The notes under the pieces are model-generated. The model did no database searches, was not told the DNA's origin, and saw only the letters and a program-made list of their open reading frames with translations. A stretch of 64,000 bases of DNA from an uncultured bacterium (GTDB lineage Bacteria > Acidobacteriota > HRBIN11 > JAKEFK01): NCBI GenBank assembly GCA_963777505.1, contig CAVZQN010000001.1, forward strand, positions 576,001-640,000. Reading direction: 5' to 3'. Of this stretch, positions 28,708-39,358 are shown piece after piece (position 1 is the first letter of the stretch; each line of letters starts with the position of its first letter). The translations under genes and the position numbers were made by a program.

Positions 28708-30823
28708 TTCTCTGCATTTTTGCGGTTAAAAGTTCTTTAATTTGTTGTACGACCGCTCCAACACCTTGATGCTTAAACACAAGCCGTACTGAATTTTCCA
28801 CAGCATGTTGAAGATTGTAATCCCGTTTTCCAGTAAAAACGATAATCGGGATGGTTGCTGTATCCGGATTTAGACGAAGCCTGCGGATTAGTTCTTCTCC
28901 GTTTATTTCAGGCAACATTAAGTCCGTCACGATCAGTCGCGGCTGAAACCGGAAAATTTTATCGATGGCTTCTTTTCCATCCCAGGCTGAAATGACTTCG
29001 TAACCGAGACTTGAAATTGCGCGGTGAAGCAACCGGAGAGTAAGCGTATCGTCTTCAACTACGATAATGCTTTCTTCAAAAACACTCTTGTATTCAGGTA
29101 ATGCGAAACAAAAACAAGCTCCTTCACCCTGCTCTTTAAGCCATATTTTTCCGCCATGAGCTTCAATAATTTTTCTCGTTATATAAAGGCCCAAACCGAT
29201 TCCTTCTATTCGTCTCGATTCATGAATTCTTGCAAAACGGCGAAATAATAAATCACTTTTCCCTGGTGGAATTCCGATTCCCTGATCGGAAACTGAGACA
29301 AGCAAAAACGTGCCCTGTTCAGGTTCAGTTTCAAAATGTTTCGCAACATCTTTTTTCAAAACTTTTTGCAAACGGATCGTTACGTTACCTCCGTCAGCCG
29401 AATATTTGATTGCATTACCAAGGAGATTTTCCATCGCTTCCTGCAGCCTTCCGGAATCAGCCTTGATAATCGGGAGATCTTTTTCGGCTTTCACAATGAA
29501 GTTGTGTTTTTCGCTCCATGGAAAGACAAGATGCTGAAGAAAGGAATCAAAATCAGTTTTCTCGAAGTTGAATGGAATGTCGCCGCTGTCAAATCGCGAA
29601 GCTTTCAAGGTCGCATCAGCAAGTTTTTGCAGCCGGAATGCCTGCTGTGAGACCGTTTGCATAATTTCTTTCTGCTGCAAATCCTGCCATTTTTCTTTTC
29701 GTAACAGTTGATCCATGTAACCGCGGATTACGGTAAGCGGTGATCGAAAATCATGCGCAACTATCTGCAGAATTTCTTCTTTCAATTTTGACGCTTCTTC
29801 CAACTGCGCGTTAATGCGTTCTAAATTCTGATATGCATTTGCGTTCTGAATTGCACTTCCCAGCGCGCTGGTAACAGCTTCAAGAACCATTCTGTCAGAG
29901 GCATCAAATGAGTTCACTGTATCGCTTTGGATTTCCAGTACAGCAACAACAGAGTCCCCAATTTTCACAGGGCTTGTCATCACACTCTTCACTTCAGGCG
30001 AAAACAGCGGATCCGATTTCATGGCAGTGACATTTTTCGAATAAATCGTAGCGCCTTTTTGAATGGCCTTTCCTGCAAGCGTTTTGTTGATCGGAATCCG
30101 AATTTCCTTTTTGGAAGCCGCTCGTGGGTTTCTTGAAAGCACATGTACAAAGCGGACTTCCCTCGCCGCTTCATCAACCCAGCCAGCAGCGACAAGATAG
30201 TACGAAAAATGCTGCTGAATCCTTTCGACAGCTGTCTTGAGGAGTTGATGACTGTTACGGATTAACGAAATTTCCGTGACAAGTTCACTTAGAAGATTGA
30301 GCTGGTGAGTCCGGCGTTTTTCGTTTCCACGAAGTTGAAAATTCACAATCATGGGTCCAGCTTGATGCATCACAGCAGATAGCAGATCTGAATCGGCTTT
30401 GGTAAATCCGCCGCGTTTGTTAACCAGCACGATCAATCCGGCAATTTTGCCCGAAAAAACGATCGGGGCGGCAATCAGGTTTCGGATTTCACGAGATTGC
30501 ACAAAATCAGAACTGAGACGCGCGTCCCCAGATGCTTCGTTGGAAAGCAAAATGCCCCGCTTGAGAAAGTTCCAGCGACGGGCATTGGCAGGGTAAGGTT
30601 GTGAGATTTCAAGGGAATCAACTCCCGGCGCGGCATTTTTGCCGATAATTGTAATACTACTATTGTAGTACGAAATCACAAAAGCCGATTTTGCGCCGGT
30701 GAGCTTTGTCAGTTGCAGCCCTAGCTTTTGGAAAAACTCCTTTTCGTCCGGAATAAGACTGAGCGTTTCAGTCACAGCTATCAATTGCTTAAATTTCTGC
30801 CGCAAGATCTCCCTTTCAGACAT
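28700..30823 (-). CDS. GAF-GAF hybrid histidine kinase with C-terminal REC
   Basis: Two GAF-like segments, AHDFRSPL, NLLGNAIKY, DQGIG, GLGL, VTDLMLP. Confidence 0.9.
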   Translation of the reverse strand: MSEREILRQKFKQLIAVTETLSLIPDEKEFFQKLGLQLTKLTGAKSAFVISYYNSSITIIGKNAAPGVDSLEISQPYPANARRWNFLKRGILLSNEASGDARLSSDFVQSREIRNLIAAPIVFSGKIAGLIVLVNKRGGFTKADSDLLSAVMHQAGPMIVNFQLRGNEKRRTHQLNLLSELVTEISLIRNSHQLLKTAVERIQQHFSYYLVAAGWVDEAAREVRFVHVLSRNPRAASKKEIRIPINKTLAGKAIQKGATIYSKNVTAMKSDPLFSPEVKSVMTSPVKIGDSVVAVLEIQSDTVNSFDASDRMVLEAVTSALGSAIQNANAYQNLERINAQLEEASKLKEEILQIVAHDFRSPLTVIRGYMDQLLRKEKWQDLQQKEIMQTVSQQAFRLQKLADATLKASRFDSGDIPFNFEKTDFDSFLQHLVFPWSEKHNFIVKAEKDLPIIKADSGRLQEAMENLLGNAIKYSADGGNVTIRLQKVLKKDVAKHFETEPEQGTFLLVSVSDQGIGIPPGKSDLLFRRFARIHESRRIEGIGLGLYITRKIIEAHGGKIWLKEQGEGACFCFALPEYKSVFEESIIVVEDDTLTLRLLHRAISSLGYEVISAWDGKEAIDKIFRFQPRLIVTDLMLPEINGEELIRRLRLNPDTATIPIIVFTGKRDYNLQHAVENSVRLVFKHQGVGAVVQQIKELLTAKMQRIK

Positions 30824-30931
30824 CTTCCCTCAACCCATGCCACAAGGATGGTCCATTCCATGCGCAGGGCCCATTCCCGTTTCAATTATTATAACAATAT
30901 CAATGGTAATGGCCTTAACGGCGCTTGAAAC

Positions 30932-31789
30932 TCAATCAGGTACAGGCGAGTTGTAGTAAAAACGGAAAACCGCAGGCAATAAAGGGCGCGGAAAATCAGC
31001 CGGTAAAGGCGGAAATGGATCTGTAATCATTAAAGCTTGAAGTGCAGCTTGATTGTATGATGGAACATCAGAACTCAATACAATTTTCGGATTTAATATT
31101 TTGCCGCTTCGATCAACTTGAAATGAAATTCCTACAATCCCTTTCAGTCCGAGATCGGCAGCGACTGGTACAATCCAATTTTTTCTCACCATTGCGATAA
31201 CACGATTGGCCCATGGCCCAAGATCATAGCCTTGAGTATCAAAAAATACACCGGAACCTGTATCGCCTGTTGGGACCGAACCGATTTCGTCTCCGCTGCC
31301 GCTACCTGTACCGGAACCGGAATTGCCTGAGCCGATAAAACGATCGAGATCTTTTAATGCACCCTCTGCAAGTTTTGGCGCCGGTTCACCTGCAGGATCA
31401 TTGACCTTTGGAGATTCCGCAGAAGGTTGTAACTCACGCGCCGTTGGCTGCTCGCCTGTGGAACGTTCAACAACTTCCGAACCACCGGAACGTCCTTTCG
31501 ATGAAGCATATTGCTGCACTTTGGGAGGTTGAGGTTTAAGCTTATTTGGTTCTATCGGGCCGGCTTTGCGATTCGCATCCGAAGCATATTTCGCTGCAGG
31601 CGACGGCGCTTCAGCAGCTTTTGCATTTGGAGGCACTTCTACAAAACGCATTGTCACCGGAGGTTTTGCCGCGGCTGCAGGCACAGGTGTTGCTGCAACC
31701 AGAGGATTGTACTTCATGACAATTCCAAGAACCGCATGAAGCAGCAATGCAACTGATATCGCTACTGTGAATGAAGCATCCTTTTTCAT
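30932..31789 (-). CDS. tonB: TonB family protein
   Basis: SxxxH TM (SVALLLH), Pro/Ala-rich linker, C-terminal TonB_2 fold (NW..P..SS..YNQAALQA..PFPPLP). Confidence 0.8.
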   Translation of the reverse strand: MKKDASFTVAISVALLLHAVLGIVMKYNPLVAATPVPAAAAKPPVTMRFVEVPPNAKAAEAPSPAAKYASDANRKAGPIEPNKLKPQPPKVQQYASSKGRSGGSEVVERSTGEQPTARELQPSAESPKVNDPAGEPAPKLAEGALKDLDRFIGSGNSGSGTGSGSGDEIGSVPTGDTGSGVFFDTQGYDLGPWANRVIAMVRKNWIVPVAADLGLKGIVGISFQVDRSGKILNPKIVLSSDVPSYNQAALQALMITDPFPPLPADFPRPLLPAVFRFYYNSPVPD

Positions 31790-31802
31790 ATTTGTCGCAG
31801 CT

Positions 31803-32216
31803 TCACTCTCCTTCCACAGCAATACCAAACTGAGTGACTCCTTCATTCCGGACAATATCCAGGATCCGCATTACGTCTCCATGAGCAACACTTCTATCCG
31901 CCCGCAAAACCAAACTTAAATCCGGCTTTTCTTTGATGAGTTCCCGAATTCTTCCAGCCAAATCCTGTTCTGTGACTGGCGCATTATTGAGAAAAATTTC
32001 TTTTTTTGTATTGAGCGTTAGATAAATTCTGCGGTCTTCTTCTTTTGTAGCAGCGCTTGCGGATGCTTTTGGAAGATTGACACCCAACGAGGGTTCAGAA
32101 ATAAATCTCGCAGTAACCATAAAAATGATGAGCAATACGAGAGTGATATCTACAAGCGGTGTTACGTTGATCCCTGTGATTGCATCTTCTTCAACATCAG
32201 ATTCTTGCATGGTCAT
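31803..32216 (-). CDS. exbD: ExbD/TolR biopolymer transporter
   Basis: INVTPLVDITLVLLIIFMV, LRADR..HGDVM. Confidence 0.9.
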   Translation of the reverse strand: MTMQESDVEEDAITGINVTPLVDITLVLLIIFMVTARFISEPSLGVNLPKASASAATKEEDRRIYLTLNTKKEIFLNNAPVTEQDLAGRIRELIKEKPDLSLVLRADRSVAHGDVMRILDIVRNEGVTQFGIAVEGE

Positions 32217-32854
32217 CCACTCTTCGTTTTGATTCGCTCTTCATATATACAATCAATATTTTCGAGGCAGCTTCCATTTGTGTAACAGCTTCTTTCACTT
32301 TCCGTTGAAAGTAGTTGTAGGCCATAACTGCAGGAATCGCGACCATCAAGCCCGACCGCTGTTGCAACAAGTGCTTCAGAAACACCCGCCATTACGACAG
32401 AAGGATTTGAATTTTCAGCAACTGACAAATCATGAAATGCTTTAATAATTCCAAGAACGGTTCCGAATAATCCGATAAATGGCGCATTGTTCCCTAGAGT
32501 GCCTAAGATCACAAGCTTATTTTCCATCTTAAACTTCTCGGCGATTTTCTTCGCGATCATCATTTCTTCGACAGCTTCGGGTCCTTTTTCTAAATTCTGT
32601 AATCCGGCTTCAATAACGCGGGATGCCGGAGCGGACTGCTGCCGTACATAATCAAGAGCCGCTTCAGGATCGTCCCTGTTTAAGAATCCTGTAAGCATCT
32701 CGGTAAATTCTTCCCAATGAATGCGATTTTTGTAAATGTAAATCGTTTTCTGGATCATTACTGCAATCGATAAAACGCTGCTTAATATAAGTAGATAGAG
32801 AACCCACTCGCCGCCGACGAGTGCGAGATCGAGAAAAGTCTTGACAATATCCAT
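32197..32854 (-). CDS. exbB: ExbB/TolQ/MotA proton channel, one apparent frameshift near 32351
   Basis: APFIGLFGTVLGII and SEALVATAVG in one frame; GLMVAIPAVMAYNYF continues in another frame, consistent with one extra G in GTCGGGCTTGATG. Confidence 0.88.
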
Positions 32855-32929
32855 ATGCTAAATATTTGATTTTATTTGGTTTGCGGCAAATCAGTCAATT
32901 TTTTGCCAGATTCAATTAAAGGAGGTTTT

Positions 32930-33217
32930 ATGAGTCGGAAATTGTTCATCGGAATACTAATCCTTATCACCCTTGGTATTTTCGGTTTCGAAAGCATAGC
33001 ACAGTACACCGGGCACGACGTTGAAAAAATGACACCTCCTGACCACTATCCAAAACCTGGTCCTGGCGATGTTGCAATCATCCGCGAACTTCAGGAAACA
33101 AACCGTCTTTTGCATCAACAAGCGGAGCTTTTGAAAGAACAAAATCGCTTGCTGAAAGATACGCTCGCAAAACTCGAGCCAGTCGCACCGAAGACTGAAT
33201 CTTCTCCTTCTAATTAG
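32930..33217 (+). CDS. Small secreted coiled-coil protein
   Basis: AAGGAGG RBS; signal peptide MSRKLFIGILILITLGIFGFESIA; ELQETNRLL..LLKEQNRLL heptads. Confidence 0.75.
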   Translation: MSRKLFIGILILITLGIFGFESIAQYTGHDVEKMTPPDHYPKPGPGDVAIIRELQETNRLLHQQAELLKEQNRLLKDTLAKLEPVAPKTESSPSN

Positions 33218-33362
33218 ACGCGGCAAAGTCGTAATCGATGCATCCTATAAGATAGCGATTTCTCCTTTTCTAGACATCTGCCATCCAAAAAGCTGATTCA
33301 TCCGTCGATCAGAAATACGCCGGGAATGGCATTTCTCCTCCCTGCTTCGACGTGATTGATAT

Positions 33363-33378
33363 TGGTATACGAATTGCT
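33363..33378 (+). promoter_or_regulatory. Putative sigma54 -24/-12 promoter
   Basis: TGGTATACGAATTGCT = GG-N10-GC, about 45 bp upstream of ATG 33424. Confidence 0.6.
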
Positions 33379-33423
33379 AACGCATCTGAATGGAAGATGC
33401 TCCAGAACAATGGAGGTTCGAGA

Positions 33424-34104
33424 ATGAAGAAGGTAGTTTTGCTGATTCTGCTATCCGTAGCGGTTGCTATTCCTGCTTCCGCCGGATCGTTGAATGTACT
33501 CGCGGGATATGCTCAACCTGCAGGTGACTCCGATGTTTTCGAGCAAAATGAGAGAGAAACGACTTTTGAGAAAGATGACTTTGCTGCTTTCGGCGGGACA
33601 GTTGGGTACGATCATTTTCTTGGTGACTATGTAAATCTCGGAGGCAGTATCTCTTTTCTTTATAGCGAGACGGATGCGTTTGATGTGGATTTCGAGTTTG
33701 AAGATGGGGGCCCTATTTTCCGAACGCTCCGACTTCAAGTTGTACCACTAGAAGCGAATATCCGTTTTCTGCCTACCGGCCGTGATGCAGCCGTTATTCC
33801 TTATTTTGGCGGCGGCGCCGGTTTTTATTTCTGGGAATATGAAGAATTTGGGGATTTTGTGATTAATCGAAATACCAATGATCCTGAAATCATTTCAGGT
33901 ACGTCATTTTCAGATGGAGCAGACCCGGGATGGCATGTTGAAGGAGGGGTGTACATACCCATTGCACGTTCTACTGCTATTGCAGCTGAAGCTAAATACT
34001 GGAAAGCAGAAGGAGATCTAGATCCGGAAGGTTTTGATCCGTTATTTGAACCGTTGGATTTATCAGGGTTTCAAATTTCGGGCGGTATTTCTTTCTGGTT
34101 TTAA
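33424..34104 (+). CDS. Outer-membrane beta-barrel protein (OmpW/OmpA-like)
   Basis: GGAGG RBS, signal peptide, IPYFGGGAG, alternating beta pattern, C-terminal ISFWF. Confidence 0.88.
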   Translation: MKKVVLLILLSVAVAIPASAGSLNVLAGYAQPAGDSDVFEQNERETTFEKDDFAAFGGTVGYDHFLGDYVNLGGSISFLYSETDAFDVDFEFEDGGPIFRTLRLQVVPLEANIRFLPTGRDAAVIPYFGGGAGFYFWEYEEFGDFVINRNTNDPEIISGTSFSDGADPGWHVEGGVYIPIARSTAIAAEAKYWKAEGDLDPEGFDPLFEPLDLSGFQISGGISFWF

Positions 34105-34131
34105 CGCACTCTCACATCATATACACTGCCA

Positions 34132-34168
34132 GGCCCCGCCGCTTTCGAGCGATCGGGGCCCTTTTTTT
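34132..34168 (+). terminator. Rho-independent terminator
   Basis: GGCCCCG-C-CGCT-TTCG-AGCG-AT-CGGGGCC hairpin followed by a T7 run. Confidence 0.85.
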
Positions 34169-34318
34169 GACCGCAAAGTCGCAGAGCTTTATTCAGGAGA
34201 CTCAGAGAATATAGAATTCTTTCACCCCTGCACCCCGGCTCCCTTTCTCCCCTGCTTCGCGAGCGGGCACAAATCCTATCGATTCCACTTATCTCGAGTG
34301 TTGTAATATGGTCAGTAA

Positions 34319-35902
34319 ATGAATGTCCGGTGGCAAAGTCTAAAAGTTCGTTACGCAATCATAGCCAGCTTTTTTATCGCTGTGATTTTGCTTGTAAACG
34401 CTTTCATTCTTGTATGGTTTAAGTACAAGGAATTTGAGAAAGATATCGATCAGCGCGCATTTTCATTTGCCAGCCTTGCAGTAAAACCTGTCGCAGATGG
34501 TTACGATGCCTACTACTACTCTGGTTATTTCAAATTCCGTGAATTAATGAACAAACTGATTTCGTACGAACCGGATCTAATCAAAATTTTGCTGGTCGAT
34601 GTAAACGGCAGGATTTTGTTCGATAGTGACAATCTTAAACAGAGTACTTTCATCCCTGAAGCCGGAACTGAATTGCCGCGTGTGAAGGATCAATATTATT
34701 TAAACGCAATTCGAAAACTTGAGATAAGCCACCGATACATCCCCCGGCGTAAAGGCGATAAGGTTCTGGAAATTGTATCTCCATACATCGAAGAATGGGG
34801 ACGTCACAAGAATTCTGTGATCATGACTTTTTCCTATGACGCACTTAAACCACAGGTGCGTTTATTGATTTATCAAATTGCGGCACTGACGCTTCTCAGC
34901 ATGTTGTTGACCAGCTTTATTGCCTGGGTTCTTGCAGACAAAATTACTCTTCCGCTCGTTGCTTTAACGGGAAGAGCCCGGGTCATGGCAAGCGTTGCTC
35001 CAGGCGAGATTCAAGTTGAAGAATCAGACAATGAAATCAAACTATTAAATGATGCCTTTAATGCGATGTCTGCTCACATCCATGAAAATATCCGGAAACT
35101 GGAATTGAACAACGTGAAACTTGCAGCGCTTAATGATGAATTAAAAGAATTGGATCGAATGAAATCTGATTTACTCGCCAATGTTTCGCATGAACTCAGA
35201 ACTCCGTTAACTTCAATCAAGGGATATGTTGAATATATTCTGGAAGGAAAACTGGGTCCGGTTTCAAGCAAACAAGAAAAAGGGCTGGGTGTAGTTCAAC
35301 GCAATTTGGACCGGCTCTCAAAATTAATTACTGCTCTGCTCGATTATTCGCTGATGGATGCAGAACGGATGGTGTTGAATATCAAACCATTTTCTCTTCA
35401 TACGCTTGCAAGACAAATCACTGCAACTCTAGCTTCCGAATTAGAAAAACGTGCACTTCAATTTAAGTCCAATATTCCGGAAGATTTGCCCCTCGTCATG
35501 GGTGACAAAGACAAACTGTATCAAGTCCTGGAAAATCTAACGATTAATGCAATCAAATTTACCGAGAGCGGAGGAACGATTACTGTTTCTGCATTTGCGG
35601 TTACGCATAACGACCAACCCTGGATTGAACTGCATGTATCGGACACAGGAGTAGGGATTCCAAAATCTGAATTAGATCGTATCTTTGATCGTTTTTATCA
35701 GGTCGATGCTACAAGTAAACGCAAGTATGGGGGGATCGGACTCGGACTTGCTATTGCTCGCTCCATCGTCGAAGCGCACAGAGGAACAATTAACGCCCGA
35801 AGCGAAGAAAACAAGGGGACTACATTTATCATCCGGCTTCCAGCGGCTTTCGAAATCAATACGGAATTGGATCAAGAGTTTCTTGAGCACAAGACAGTTT
35901 GA
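34319..35902 (+). CDS. Membrane sensor histidine kinase with HAMP
   Basis: 2 TMs, HAMP, SHELRTPL, NLTINAIKF, DTGVG, GIGLGL. Confidence 0.93.
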   Translation: MNVRWQSLKVRYAIIASFFIAVILLVNAFILVWFKYKEFEKDIDQRAFSFASLAVKPVADGYDAYYYSGYFKFRELMNKLISYEPDLIKILLVDVNGRILFDSDNLKQSTFIPEAGTELPRVKDQYYLNAIRKLEISHRYIPRRKGDKVLEIVSPYIEEWGRHKNSVIMTFSYDALKPQVRLLIYQIAALTLLSMLLTSFIAWVLADKITLPLVALTGRARVMASVAPGEIQVEESDNEIKLLNDAFNAMSAHIHENIRKLELNNVKLAALNDELKELDRMKSDLLANVSHELRTPLTSIKGYVEYILEGKLGPVSSKQEKGLGVVQRNLDRLSKLITALLDYSLMDAERMVLNIKPFSLHTLARQITATLASELEKRALQFKSNIPEDLPLVMGDKDKLYQVLENLTINAIKFTESGGTITVSAFAVTHNDQPWIELHVSDTGVGIPKSELDRIFDRFYQVDATSKRKYGGIGLGLAIARSIVEAHRGTINARSEENKGTTFIIRLPAAFEINTELDQEFLEHKTV

Positions 35903-35965
35903 TAACGCAAGAGTGTTTGCCGCGGCGATTTAAAGGGATATGTTATAATCGGCGCCCAGAAAAAC

Positions 35966-36346
35966 ATGCCCAAGCAGAAAATCCTTCTTGTCGATGATGA
36001 AGAAGATATTCTCGACTTTCTTGAGTTAATTCTCGAAGAGCAAGGGTATGTTATTCTTAAAGCTGGTTCAGGAAATGAAGCACTTGCTTCAGCTCAAATG
36101 AATCATCCGGATCTTATCTTGCTAGATGTAATGATGCCGGACATGGATGGTTGGGAGGTTTTGAAGCTGCTGAAAGCTGATGAAGACATCGCTACTATTC
36201 CCGTCGCGATGCTCACTGCGCGTACAGAAATGAAAGATAGAATACAGGGGCTTCAAGAAGGGGCAATCGATTATATTTGCAAGCCTTTTGCAACGCGCGA
36301 GTTATTGGAAAAATTAAACGTTATTTTTGCCCAGGTCAAAAAATAA
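35966..36346 (+). CDS. Single-domain response regulator
   Basis: LVDD, LLDVMMP, LTA, KPF; extended -10 TGTTATAAT upstream. Confidence 0.92.
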   Translation: MPKQKILLVDDEEDILDFLELILEEQGYVILKAGSGNEALASAQMNHPDLILLDVMMPDMDGWEVLKLLKADEDIATIPVAMLTARTEMKDRIQGLQEGAIDYICKPFATRELLEKLNVIFAQVKK

Positions 36347-36417
36347 ATCTTTCGATTTAAAGCCGCCAATCTTAATGCGGCTACCCGGCCTGCCAGTGAG
36401 AGTAAGCAAGGAAGGCG

Positions 36418-37737
36418 ATGCCTGGCAATGTGAAACCCGATTACTTCCACCTTCGAGCCGAATGGCTCAAATTCAAAAGCAATCTATTCGACAAGAATAC
36501 GAATCTTCCCACACTTGCAATGATCCTTGAAGATGCCCGAAAATTAATTGAAGATCATGGGACGATCGGACTTTTCTTACTGGATCTAGGAAAGCAAAGA
36601 AACTTCGAAACAACCTATGGCTGGCAGGTATACGACTCCATCATTCAACAAATAGCCGAAATTCTTCAAGAAACGAAAGAAGAAATCCTTCACAAAACCG
36701 ATGTCATTGCGCTTTCTCATGTGCGAGGCGATGAATTCGTTCTGTTGTTAAGTCCGCCATCGAAAAAGAATTGGGATGACAAATCGCTGGAGTTAATGAA
36801 TCAACGATTAAGAAACTCAGTTCGAAAGAAAATGGAACGCTTCAAAAGACAACGCTGGCATTCCAATTTGAGCTTTCATACAGGTTATTCATTGATAAAT
36901 CCAGATCCTACGATCCGCATCGAACGAACCATTCAACGCGCAATCGTTCACGCGCGTGAAGTGAGTGGACACGAAATTGAAAATGAGATGATCAGTTATC
37001 ACATTTCGTTGCAGCGAATGATTTCGATGAATTCGATCCTTACTTATTTTCAGCCGATCGTTTATCTCGATTCGCTGGAAGTATTAGGTTATGAGGCGCT
37101 AAGCCGCGGTCCTGACGACTCCGGGTTTGAAGGAACCGAATTGTTGTTTACATTTGCAGAGAGTACAAATATGCTGCTCGAACTTGAGCGGCTTTGCAGG
37201 AAGAATGCATTGCGTTCGGCTCAGGACCAACATCTTAAAAAACACTTATTCTTAAATTCCTCTGCGCGTTCTTTTGAAGATAGTCACTTTACGCCCGGAC
37301 AGTTGGCGGAATATGTTCATGAATTGGGATTACGTCACGATAATGTCGTCCTTGAAATTACAGAACGTATTGCGATTCATGAGTGGGATAAATTCAAAAA
37401 GGTGCTTCGGGAATTTCGTAATTATGGATTTCATATCGCAATCGATGATATGGGCGCAGGTTATAGTTCGTTGCAAGCCATTGCGGAATTACAGCCGGAC
37501 TTTCTGAAGTTTGATATTTCGCTTGTCCGCAATATTCACGAAAACTTGATTAAGATTGGCTTGCTTGAGACCCTTGTAGCGTTGTCCGACAAAATCGGCG
37601 CTCAGGTGATCGCTGAAGGCATTGAGGACCGGCGGGAGTATGATGCTCTGCGTGCGCTCGGTGTCGAACTCGGACAAGGCTACTACTTCGCAATCCCCTC
37701 ACCCGATTTTCCTCACATTAACATACCAGTTGGTTGA
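36418..37737 (+). CDS. EAL c-di-GMP phosphodiesterase with degenerate GGDEF (RGDEF), paralog 1
   Basis: YEALSR, LFLN, LEITE, IDDMGAGYSSL, LKFD, AEGIE, GQGYY. Confidence 0.92.
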   Translation: MPGNVKPDYFHLRAEWLKFKSNLFDKNTNLPTLAMILEDARKLIEDHGTIGLFLLDLGKQRNFETTYGWQVYDSIIQQIAEILQETKEEILHKTDVIALSHVRGDEFVLLLSPPSKKNWDDKSLELMNQRLRNSVRKKMERFKRQRWHSNLSFHTGYSLINPDPTIRIERTIQRAIVHAREVSGHEIENEMISYHISLQRMISMNSILTYFQPIVYLDSLEVLGYEALSRGPDDSGFEGTELLFTFAESTNMLLELERLCRKNALRSAQDQHLKKHLFLNSSARSFEDSHFTPGQLAEYVHELGLRHDNVVLEITERIAIHEWDKFKKVLREFRNYGFHIAIDDMGAGYSSLQAIAELQPDFLKFDISLVRNIHENLIKIGLLETLVALSDKIGAQVIAEGIEDRREYDALRALGVELGQGYYFAIPSPDFPHINIPVG

Positions 37738-37804
37738 TTTGTTTAGCTTTGTAGATAAAACTGCGCTTCTACTCACGATTGAGATCGTACTATAATGATG
37801 TTAG

Positions 37805-39358
37805 ATGAACCGCTATGACATTGCTTCTGTTTTAGCGGAGGGAGCACAAGGGCGGGTCTACCGGGCGACGGATCGCATTACCGGACAGGCATGTGTTTTA
37901 AAAACCGGTGAGACCGTGAGAGCGGAAGCTTTGCTCTCACTTCAATTGAGCCATCCTTATGTCGCTCGTCCGTTTGATGCAGGAATTGATTCGTCATTAG
38001 GTCAATACGCTGCTTATCCCGAATACACTGAAACTCCTTTGCTGGAGTGGAGTCGAGCTTCCGAACCAGGCGAATTACAACGCGTGGCTTTACAGATCGC
38101 AGAATTTCTTGCGTTCCTTCACCGGCGTGGATGGCTTTACCACGATTTCAAGCCTGAACATTTCTTAGTCGCACGTCAAAGCATTCGCGTTCTCGATCTA
38201 GGTTTAGCGCAGCCAATTCAGGAATCCTCTCAAACTTTTTCCGGCACTTTTCCTTATATAGCACCCGAACGATTGTCTGGGCGGAAGTGTGATGCACGTT
38301 CCGATATTTTTGCGCTTGGAATGCTTTTGCTTCATGTTTTGCAGCCTGATGAAACGTGGGATTTTGAACCTTCTGTCGAAGTTTTGCAAAACCTGCAAAA
38401 ACGGACCCGCAAGCTCAATGGTTTTTGGAAAGATCTTTTAAGCGAAATGATTTCTCTGGAGCCGTCTCAACGGATTGAATCGGCTGCAGAACTCTGGAAA
38501 CGATTACTTCCATCCAGCGCACGCGGAAGCTTTTTGTTTTTTCCAATGCCTGCCTACTTCACAATTTCTGAAAACCTTCTTCAAAAACAAATTGTTACTG
38601 TTCAAACGGCTAGCAATCTGAATATTTCAGAAGCTGAAAAAATTACGCTGCAGGAAGCCTGGAAGAAAGGGATCTTTACTGCCAGCTTTGACCTGCGCCA
38701 CAAAACTCCGGAAGAAGTTTTTCGGACAATATGCTGGGCACAACTGAATCTGCAGGCATCTGATTTGTTTTCCGCAATTGAATCCTTGCAAAAGGCATCA
38801 AACCTTGAGCCCTTTACAATTGTTCTTCGGCATGCCGAAGCATTGAATCCTTCACAGCGTTCATTGCTCGCATACGGACTGTCTGCACTTCAAAGCGTTT
38901 CATCGTTGCACTTTGTATTTATCGGAAACAAACAAGCCATAGAAGTACCTGATGAATCTTCAGCCAAACTCGAAATACCACTTCTGACAAAGCAAACATT
39001 GAATGACATTCTGCCTCAAGCTTTTCCGTCTGATGGTTTAAAGCAGGACCGTTTAGAAAAAGCACGCGCTAGAGGATACTCCTTACCGGATCAGTTCCTT
39101 GCCGATTTGCGTAAACAACTTCCTCAAGATGCTTTGCTTTTGTGGCCAGCAGCAGCCAGAGATTTAGCACCAGCAGCAGCGCTTGAACGTTTAAGAGCCA
39201 CTGAGATGCGGATCCTTGGTTCGCTCGCGATTGCAACTTTGCCATTACCCAAAGATTGGTTATTTCAAGCATTACGTTTGACAGAAGCTCAAGGAATGGA
39301 ATGGATCGAGAGTCTGCAAGCCAGAGGTTATCTGCAGATGCGAGATGAATCTCGTTAG
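37805..39358 (+). CDS. Ser/Thr kinase N-terminal part of a fragmented kinase-TPR-GAF-sigma54 activator
   Basis: GAQGRVY, VLK, HDFKPEH, DLG, GTFPYIAPE, SDIFALG; reading continues in another frame at about 39350. Confidence 0.75.
   Translation: MNRYDIASVLAEGAQGRVYRATDRITGQACVLKTGETVRAEALLSLQLSHPYVARPFDAGIDSSLGQYAAYPEYTETPLLEWSRASEPGELQRVALQIAEFLAFLHRRGWLYHDFKPEHFLVARQSIRVLDLGLAQPIQESSQTFSGTFPYIAPERLSGRKCDARSDIFALGMLLLHVLQPDETWDFEPSVEVLQNLQKRTRKLNGFWKDLLSEMISLEPSQRIESAAELWKRLLPSSARGSFLFFPMPAYFTISENLLQKQIVTVQTASNLNISEAEKITLQEAWKKGIFTASFDLRHKTPEEVFRTICWAQLNLQASDLFSAIESLQKASNLEPFTIVLRHAEALNPSQRSLLAYGLSALQSVSSLHFVFIGNKQAIEVPDESSAKLEIPLLTKQTLNDILPQAFPSDGLKQDRLEKARARGYSLPDQFLADLRKQLPQDALLLWPAAARDLAPAAALERLRATEMRILGSLAIATLPLPKDWLFQALRLTEAQGMEWIESLQARGYLQMRDESR

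Noticed and set aside
30824-30890. ATGG/ANGGA repeats in the 5' UTR of the GAF kinase as CsrA sites
   Set aside because: Short motifs, no clear hairpin context and no evidence of csrA in this window.
32340-32360. Programmed frameshift in exbB
   Set aside because: No slippery heptamer; one extra G in a short homopolymer fits sequencing error.
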